A stretch of DNA of 64,000 bases from Auanema rhodensis (lineage: Eukaryota > Animalia > Nematoda). The translations under genes were made by a program, and so were the position numbers. The notes beneath the pieces were generated by a model. It did not search any database. It was given only the letters and a program-made list of their open reading frames with translations, and had not been told where the DNA came from. Shown here in pieces: positions 56,141 to 64,000 of the stretch. Every line of letters starts with the position of its first letter. Positions within the stretch are counted from its first letter, which is position 1. The stretch is from contig CAXKVF010000077.1 in the NCBI GenBank assembly GCA_964057225.1, positions 806,001-870,000 of the forward strand, given 5' to 3'.

Positions 56141-59100
56141 AGTTACATACCAAGTGCACATCACGTGTACATTTAATTAGCATAAATTAAAGTTCACGTA
56201 AAATTCAAAGTCATGGTTACCATGCGCCAATATCAATAAAAATTTGTTTTTAGACTAATATGGACATGGGGAATCTAATTTTGAAAACCGCATCTCTTTA
56301 TCTTTCACGTGAAGCGAGTTACATACCAAGTGCACATCACGTGTACATTTAATTAGCATAAATTAAAGTTCACGTAAAATTCAAAGTCATGGTTACCATG
56401 CGCCAATATCAATAAAAATTTGTTTTTAGACTAATATGGACATGGGGAATCTAATTTTGAAAACCGCATCTCTTTATCTTTCACGTGAATCGAGTTACAT
56501 ACCAAGTGCACATCACGTGTACATTTAATTAGCATAAATTAAAGTTCACGTAAATTTCAAAGTCATGGTTACCATGAACCAATATCAATAAAAATTTGTT
56601 TTTAGACTAATATGGACATGGGGAATCTAATTTTGAAAACCGCATCTCTTTATCTTTCACGTGAAGCGAGTTACATACCAAGTGCACATCACGTGTACAT
56701 TTAATTAGCATAAATTAAAGTTCACGTAAATTTCAAAGTCATGGTTACCATGAACCAATATCAATAAAAATTTGTTTTTAGACTAATATGGACATGGGGA
56801 ATCTAATTTTGAAAACCGCATCTCTTTATCTTTCACGTGAAGCGAGTTACATACCAAGTGCACAGCACGTGTACATTTAATTAGCATAAATTAAAGTTCA
56901 CGTAAATTTCAAAGTCATGGTTACCATGCACCAATATCAATAAAAATTTGTTTTTAGACTAATATGGACATGGGGAATCTAATTTTGAAAACCGCATCTC
57001 TTTATCTTTCACGTGAAGCGAGTTACATACCAAGTGCACATCACGTGTACATTTAATTAGCATAAATTAAAGTTCACGTAAATTTCAAAGTCATGGTTAC
57101 CATGAACCAATATCAATAAAAATTTGTTTTTAGACTAATATGGACATGGGGAATCTAATTTTGAAAACCGCATCTCTTCATCTTTCACGTGAAGCGAGTT
57201 ACATACCAAGTGCACATCACGTGTATATTTAATTAGCATAAATTAAAGTTCACGTAAATTTCAAAGTCATGGTTACCATGCACCAATATCAATAAAAATT
57301 TGTTTATAGACTAATATGGACATGGGAAATCTAACTTTGAAAACCGCATCTCTTTATCTTTCACGTGAAGCGAGTTACATACCAAGTGCACATCACGTGT
57401 ACATTTAATTAGCATAAATTAAAGTTCACGTAAATTTCAAAGTCATGGTTACCATGCACCAATATCAATAAAAATTTGTTTTTAGACTAATATGGACATG
57501 GGAAATCTAATTTTGAAAACCGCATCTCTTTATCTTTCACGTGAAGCGAGTTACATACCAAGTGCACATCACGTGTACATTTAATTAGCATAAATTAAAG
57601 TTCACGTAAATTTCAAAGTCATGTTTACCATGAACCAATATCAATAAAAATTTGTTTTTAGACTAATATGGACATGGGGAATCTAATTTTGAAAACCGCA
57701 TCTCTTTATCTTTCACGTGAAGCGAGTTACATACCAAGTGCACATCACGTGTACATTTAATTAGCATAAATTAAAGTTCACGTAAATTTCAAAGTCATGG
57801 TTACCATGCACCAATATCAATAAAAATTGGTTTTTAGACTAATATGGACATGGGGAATCTAATTTTGAAAACCGCATCTCTTTATCTTTCACGTGAAGCG
57901 AGTTACATACCAGGTGCACATCACGTGTACATTTAATTAGCATAAATTAAAGTTCACGTAAATTTCAAAGTCATGGTTACCATGAACCAATATCAATAAA
58001 AATTTGTTTTTAGACTAATATGGACATGGGGAATCTAATTTTGAAAACCGCATCTCTTTATCTTTCACGTGAAGCGAGTTACATACCAAGTGCACATCAC
58101 GTGTACATTTAATTAGCATAAATTAAAGTTCACGTAAATTTCAAAGTCATGGTTACCATGAAGCAATATCAATAAAAATTTGTTTTTAGACTAATATGGA
58201 CATGGGGAATCTAATTTTGAAAACCGCATCTCTTTATCTTTCACGTGAAGCGAGTTACATACCAAGTGCACATCACGTGTACATTTAATTAGCATAAATT
58301 AAAGTTCACGTAAATTTCAAAGTCATGGTTACCATGAACCAATATCAATAAAAATTTGTTTTTAGACTAATATGGACATGGGGAATCTAATTTTGAAAAC
58401 CGCATCTCTTTATTTTTCACGTGAAGCGAGTTACATACCAAGTGCACATCACGTGTACATTTAATTAGCATAAATTAAAGTTCACGTAAATTTCAAAGTC
58501 ATGGTTACCATGAACCAATATCAATAAAAATTTGTTTTTAGACTAATATGGACATGGGGAATCTAATTTTGAAAACCGCATCTCTTTATCTTTCACGTGA
58601 AGCGAGTTACATACCAAGTGCACATCACGTGTACATTTAATTAGCATAAATTAAAGTTCACGTAAATTTCAAAGTCATGGTTACCATGAAGCAATATCAA
58701 TAAAAATTTGTTTTTAGACTAATATGGACATGGGGAATCTAATTTTGAAAACCGCATCTCTTTATCTTTCACGTGAAGCGAGTTACATACCAAGTGCACA
58801 TCACGTGTACATTTAATTAGCATAAATTAAAGTTCACGTAAATTTCAAAGTCATGGTTACCATGAAGCAATATCAATAAAAATTTGTTTTTAGACTAATA
58901 TGGACATGGGGAATCTAATTTTGAAAACCGCATCTCTTTATCTTTCACGTGAAGCGAGTTACATACCAAGTGCACATCACGTGTACATTTAATTAGCATA
59001 AATTAAAGTTCACGTAAATTTCAAAGTCATGGTTACCATGAACCAATATCAATAAAAATTTGTTTTTAGACTAATATGGACATGGGGAATCTAATTTTGA

Positions 59101-60364
59101 AAACCGCATCTCTTTATTTTTCACGTGAAGCGAGTTACATACCAAGTGCACATCACGTGTACATTTAATTAGCATAAATTAAAGTTCACGTAAATTTCAA
59201 AGTCATGGTTACCATGAACCAATATCAATAAAAATTTGTTTTTAGACTAATATGGACATGGGGAATCTAATTTTGAAAACCGCATCTCTTTATCTTTCAC
59301 GTGAAGCGAGTTACATACCAAGTGCACATCACGTGTACATTTAATTAGCATAAATTAAAGTTCACGTAAAATTCAAAGTCATGGTTACCATGCACCAATA
59401 TCAAAAAAAATTTGTTTTTAGACTAATATGGACATGGGGAATCTAATTTTGAAAACCGCATCTCTTTATCTTTCACGTGAAGCGAGTTACATACCAAGTG
59501 CACATCACGTGTACATTTAATTAGCATAAATTAAAGTTCACGTAAATTTCAAAGTCATGGTTACCATGCGCCAATATCAATAAAAATTTGTTTTTAGACT
59601 AATATGGACATGGGGAATCTAATTTTGAAAACCGCATCTCTTTATCTTTCACGTGAAGCGAGTTACATACCAAGTGCACATCACGTGTACATTTAATTAG
59701 CATAAATTAAAGTTCACGTAAATTTCAAAGTCATGGTTACCATGAACCAATATCAATAAAAATTTGTTTTTAGACTAATATGGACATGGGGAATCTAATT
59801 TTGAAAACCGCATCTCTTTATCTTTCACGTGAAGCGAGTTACATACCAAGTGCACATCACGTGTACATTTAATTAGCATAAATTAAAGTTCACGTAAATT
59901 TCAAAGTCATGGTTACCATGAAGCAATATCAATAAAAATTTGTTTTTAGACTAATATGGACATGGGGAATCTAATTTTGAAAACCGCATCTTTTTATCTT
60001 TCACGTGAAGCGAGTTACATACCAAGTGCACATCACGTGTACATTTAATTAGCATAAATTAAAGTTCACGTAAATTTCAAAGTCATGGTTACCATGAACC
60101 AATATCAATAAAAATTTGTTTTTAGACTAATATGGACATGGGGAATCTAATTTTGAAAACCGCATCTCTTTATTTTTCACGTGAAGCGAGTTACATACCA
60201 AGTGCACATCACGTGTACATTTAATTAGCATAAATTAAAGTTCACGTAAATTTCAAAGTCATGGTTACCATGAACCAATATCAATAAAAATTTGTTTTTA
60301 GACTAATATGGACATGGGGAATCTAATTTTGAAAACCGCATCTCTTTATCTTTCACGTGAAGCG
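52445..60364. repeat. 13-monomer block 52445-54732 repeated at 58077-60364 (offset 32 monomers, 5632 bp)
   Basis: Shared order including m162T three times, m63A+m97A and CATGCGCC. Confidence 0.8.
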
Positions 60365-63300
60365 AGTTACATACCAAGTGCACATCACGTGTACATTTAA
60401 TTAGCATAAATTAAAGTTCACGTAAATTTCAAAGTCATGGTTACCATGAACTAATATCAATAAAAATTTGTTTTTAGACTAATATGGACATGGGGAATCT
60501 AATTTTGAAAACCGCATCTCTTTATCTTTCACGTGAAGCGAGTTACATACCAAGTGCACATCACGTGTACATTTAATTAGCATAAATTAAAGTTCACGTA
60601 AATTTCAAAGTCATGGTTACCATGAAGCAATATCAATAAAAATTTGTTTTTAGACTAATATGGACATGGGGAATCTAATTTTGAAAACCGAATCTCTTTA
60701 TCTTTCACGTGAAGCGAGTTACATACCAAGTGCACATCACGTGTACATTTAATTAGCATAAATTAAAGTTCACGTAAAATTCAAAGTCATGGTTACCATG
60801 CACCAATATCAAAAAAAATTTGTTTTTAGACTAATATGGACATGGGGAATCTAATTTTGAAAACCGCATCTCTTTATCTTTCACGTGAAGCGAGTTACAT
60901 ACCAAGTGCACATCACGTGTACATTTAATTAGCATAAATTAAAGTTCACGTAAATTTCAAAGTCATGGTTACCATGCGCCAATATCAATAAAAATTTGTT
61001 TTTAGACTAATATGGACATGGGGAATCTAATTTTGAAAACCGCATCTCTTTATCTTTCACGTGAAGCGAGTTACATACCAAGTGCACATCACGTGTACAT
61101 TTAATTAGCATAAATTAAAGTTCACGTAAATTTCAAAGTCATGGTTACCATGAACCAATATCAATAAAAATTTGTTTTTAGACTAATATGGACATGGGGA
61201 ATCTAATTTTGAAAACCGCATCTCTTTATCTTTCACGTGAAGCGAGTTACATACCAAGTGCACATCACGTGTACATTTAATTAGCATAAATTAAAGTTCA
61301 CGTAAATTTCAAAGTCATGGTTACCATGAACCAATATCAATAAAAATTTGTTTTTAGACTAATATGGACATGGGGAATCTAATTTTGAAAACCGCATCTT
61401 TTCATCTTTCACGTGAAGCGAGTTACATACCAAGTGCACATCACGTGTATATTTAATTAGCATAAATTAAAGTTCACGTAAATTTCAAAGTCATGGTTAC
61501 CATGCACCAATATCAATAAAAATTTGTTTATAGACTAATATGGACATGGGAAATCTAATTTTGAAAACCGCATATCTTTATCTTTCACGTGAAGCGAGTT
61601 ACATACCAAGTGCACATCACGTGTACATTTAATTAGCATAAATTAAAGTTCACGTAAATTTCAAAGTCATGGTTACCATGCACCAATATCAATAAAAATT
61701 TGTTTTTAGACTAATATGGACATGGGGAATCTAATTTTGAAAACCGCATCTCTTTATCTTTCACGTGAAGCGAGTTACATACCAAGTGCACATCACGTGT
61801 ACATTTAATTAGCATAAATTAAAGTTCACGTAAATTTCAAAGTCATGGTTACCATGAAGCAATATCAATAAAAATTTGTTTTTAGACTAATATGGACATG
61901 GGGAATCTAATTTTGAAAACCGAATCTCTTTATCTTTCACGTGAAGCGAGTTACATACCAAGTGCACATCACGTGTACATTTAATTAGCATAAATTAAAG
62001 TTCACGTAAAATTCAAAGTCATGGTTACCATGCACCAATATCAAAAAAAATTTGTTTTTAGACTAATATGGACATGGGGAATCTAATTTTGAAAACCGCA
62101 TCTCTTTATCTTTCACGTGAAGCGAGTTACATACCAAGTGCACATCACGTGTACATTTAATTAGCATAAATTAAAGTTCACGTAAATTTCAAAGTCATGG
62201 TTACCATGCGCCAATATCAATAAAAATTTGTTTTTAGACTAATATGGACATGGGGAATCTAATTTTGAAAACCGCATCTCTTTATCTTTCACGTGAAGCG
62301 AGTTACATACCAAGTGCACATCACGTGTACATTTAATTAGCATAAATTAAAGTTCACGTAAATTTCAAAGTCATGGTTACCATGAACCAATATCAATAAA
62401 AATTTGTTTTTAGACTAATATGGACATGGGGAATCTAATTTTGAAAACCGCATCTCTTTATCTTTCACGTGAAGCGAGTTACATACCAAGTGCACATCAC
62501 GTGTACATTTAATTAGCATAAATTAAAGTTCACGTAAATTTCAAAGTCATGGTTACCATGAACCAATATCAATAAAAATTTGTTTTTAGACTAATATGGA
62601 CATGGGGAATCTAATTTTGAAAACCGCATCTCTTTATCTTTCACGTGAAGCGAGTTACATACCAAGTGCACAGCACGTGTACATTTAATTAGCATAAATT
62701 AAAGTTCACGTAAATTTCAAAGTCATGGTTACCATGCACCAATATCAATAAAAATTTGTTTTTAGACTAATATGGACATGGGGAATCTAATTTTGAAAAC
62801 CGCATCTCTTTATCTTTCACGTGAAGCGAGTTACATACCAAGTGCACATCACGTGTACATTTAATTAGCATAAATTAAAGTTCACGTAAATTTCAAAGTC
62901 ATGGTTACCATGAACCAATATCAATAAAAATTTGTTTTTAGACTAATATGGACATGGGGAATCTAATTTTGAAAACCGCATCTTTTCATCTTTCACGTGA
63001 AGCGAGTTACATACCAAGTGCACATCACGTGTATATTTAATTAGCATAAATTAAAGTTCACGTAAATTTCAAAGTCATGGTTACCATGCACCAATATCAA
63101 TAAAAATTTGTTTATAGACTAATATGGACATGGGAAATCTAACTTTGAAAACCGCATCTCTTTATCTTTCACGTGAAGCGAGTTACATACCAAGTGCACA
63201 TCACGTGTACATTTAATTAGCATAAATTAAAGTTCACGTAAATTTCAAAGTCATGGTTACCATGCACCAATATCAATAAAAATTTGTTTTTAGACTAATA

Positions 63301-63708
63301 TGGACATGGGAAATCTAATTTTGAAAACCGCATCTCTTTATCTTTCACGTGAAGCGAGTTACATACCAAGTGCACATCACGTGTACATTTAATTAGCATA
63401 AATTAAAGTTCACGTAAATTTCAAAGTCATGTTTACCATGAACCAATATCAATAAAAATTTGTTTTTAGACTAATATGGACATGGGGAATCTAATTTTGA
63501 AAACCGCATCTCTTTATCTTTCACGTGAAGCGAGTTACATACCAAGTGCACATCACGTGTACATTTAATTAGCATAAATTAAAGTTCACGTAAATTTCAA
63601 AGTCATGGTTACCATGCACCAATATCAATAAAAATTGGTTTTTAGACTAATATGGACATGGGGAATCTAATTTTGAAAACCGCATCTCTTCATCTTTCAC
63701 GTGAAGCG
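56493..63708. repeat. 8-monomer block 56493-57900 repeated at 62301-63708 (offset 33 monomers, 5808 bp)
   Basis: Shared m21G, m159C, m30T+m110A+m131A+m139C, m131A, m76T and m105G. Confidence 0.85.
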
Positions 63709-64000
63709 AGTTACATACCAAGTGCACATCACGTGTATATTTAATTAGCATAAATTAAAGTTCACGTAAATTTCAAAGTCATGGTTACCATGCACCAATA
63801 TCAACAAAAATTTGTTTATAGACTAATATGGACATGGGAAATCTAACTTTGAAAACCGCATCTCTTTATCTTTCACGTGAAGCGAGTTACATACCAAGTG
63901 CACATCACGTGTACATTTAATTAGCATAAATTAAAGTTCACGTAAATTTCAAAGTCATGTTTACCATGAACCAATATCAATAAAAATTTGTTTTTAGACT

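Larger units (their letters stand above)
1..64000. repeat. 176-bp tandem satellite DNA array (about 363.7 copies, roughly 99% identity), probably centromeric or pericentromeric
   Basis: AGTTACATACCAAG recurs every 176 bp (1, 177, 353 ... 63181, 63885). Phase shifts by -1 only four times (near 2915, 11369, 14880 and 15232). Same orientation throughout, with no unique sequence. The centromeric role is inferred only from the nucleosome-scale unit length, AT richness and homogeneity. Confidence 0.99.

Noticed and set aside
1-64000. CRISPR array or other repeat-spacer system
   Set aside because: There are no unique spacers; the whole 176-bp unit repeats and no cas genes are present.
1-64000. Ongoing selection or conversion restoring the long 88-bp dyad symmetry
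   Set aside because: About 14 of 86 distinct substitutions restore a pair in that register (for example m76T, m131A, m139C), close to the roughly 15 expected by chance.
1-64000. Purifying selection on the E-boxes inferred from their near invariance
   Set aside because: About half or more of all monomer positions are invariant in this window, so there is no power; E-box variants do occur (m22T, m166T, m169T).
1-64000. Order of monomer types as an information-bearing code
   Set aside because: The order is adequately explained by block duplication and local homogenisation; no constant period or other regularity was seen.
1-64000. Purely artefactual or synthetic concatemer
   Set aside because: Hierarchically shared variants, regional domains and a transition-rich spectrum look like natural array evolution, although individual duplications still need read support.

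Overview
The whole 64-kb window is one uninterrupted head-to-tail tandem satellite array of a 176-bp, about 32% GC monomer: 363 complete copies plus a final 116-bp partial copy starting at 63885. Consensus (equal to 177-352): AGTTACATACCAAGTGCACATCACGTGTACATTTAATTAGCATAAATTAAAGTTCACGTAAATTTCAAAGTCATGGTTACCATGAACCAATATCAATAAAAATTTGTTTTTAGACTAATATGGACATGGGGAATCTAATTTTGAAAACCGCATCTCTTTATCTTTCACGTGAAGCG. Most copies differ from it by 0-2 bases (maximum about 6). I found only four 1-bp length changes and no inversions, transposon insertions, genes or RNA genes. It is most likely eukaryotic centromeric or pericentromeric satellite (inference); I cannot assign the family or organism. Two kinds of hidden structure stand out. 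First, the monomer looks like a decayed inverted dimer of an ~88-bp half-unit, with two dyad axes exactly half a period apart, and is rich in short palindromes and CACGTG E-boxes. Second, rare SNPs reveal nested block duplications of irregular size (2-18 monomers tandem, up to ~70 monomers dispersed) and regional turnover of monomer variants rather than one fixed higher-order repeat. The two 60-aa ORFs are chance stop-codon losses in the repeat. All variant counts were made by eye and need computational confirmation. 'mN' means position N within the 176-bp monomer.
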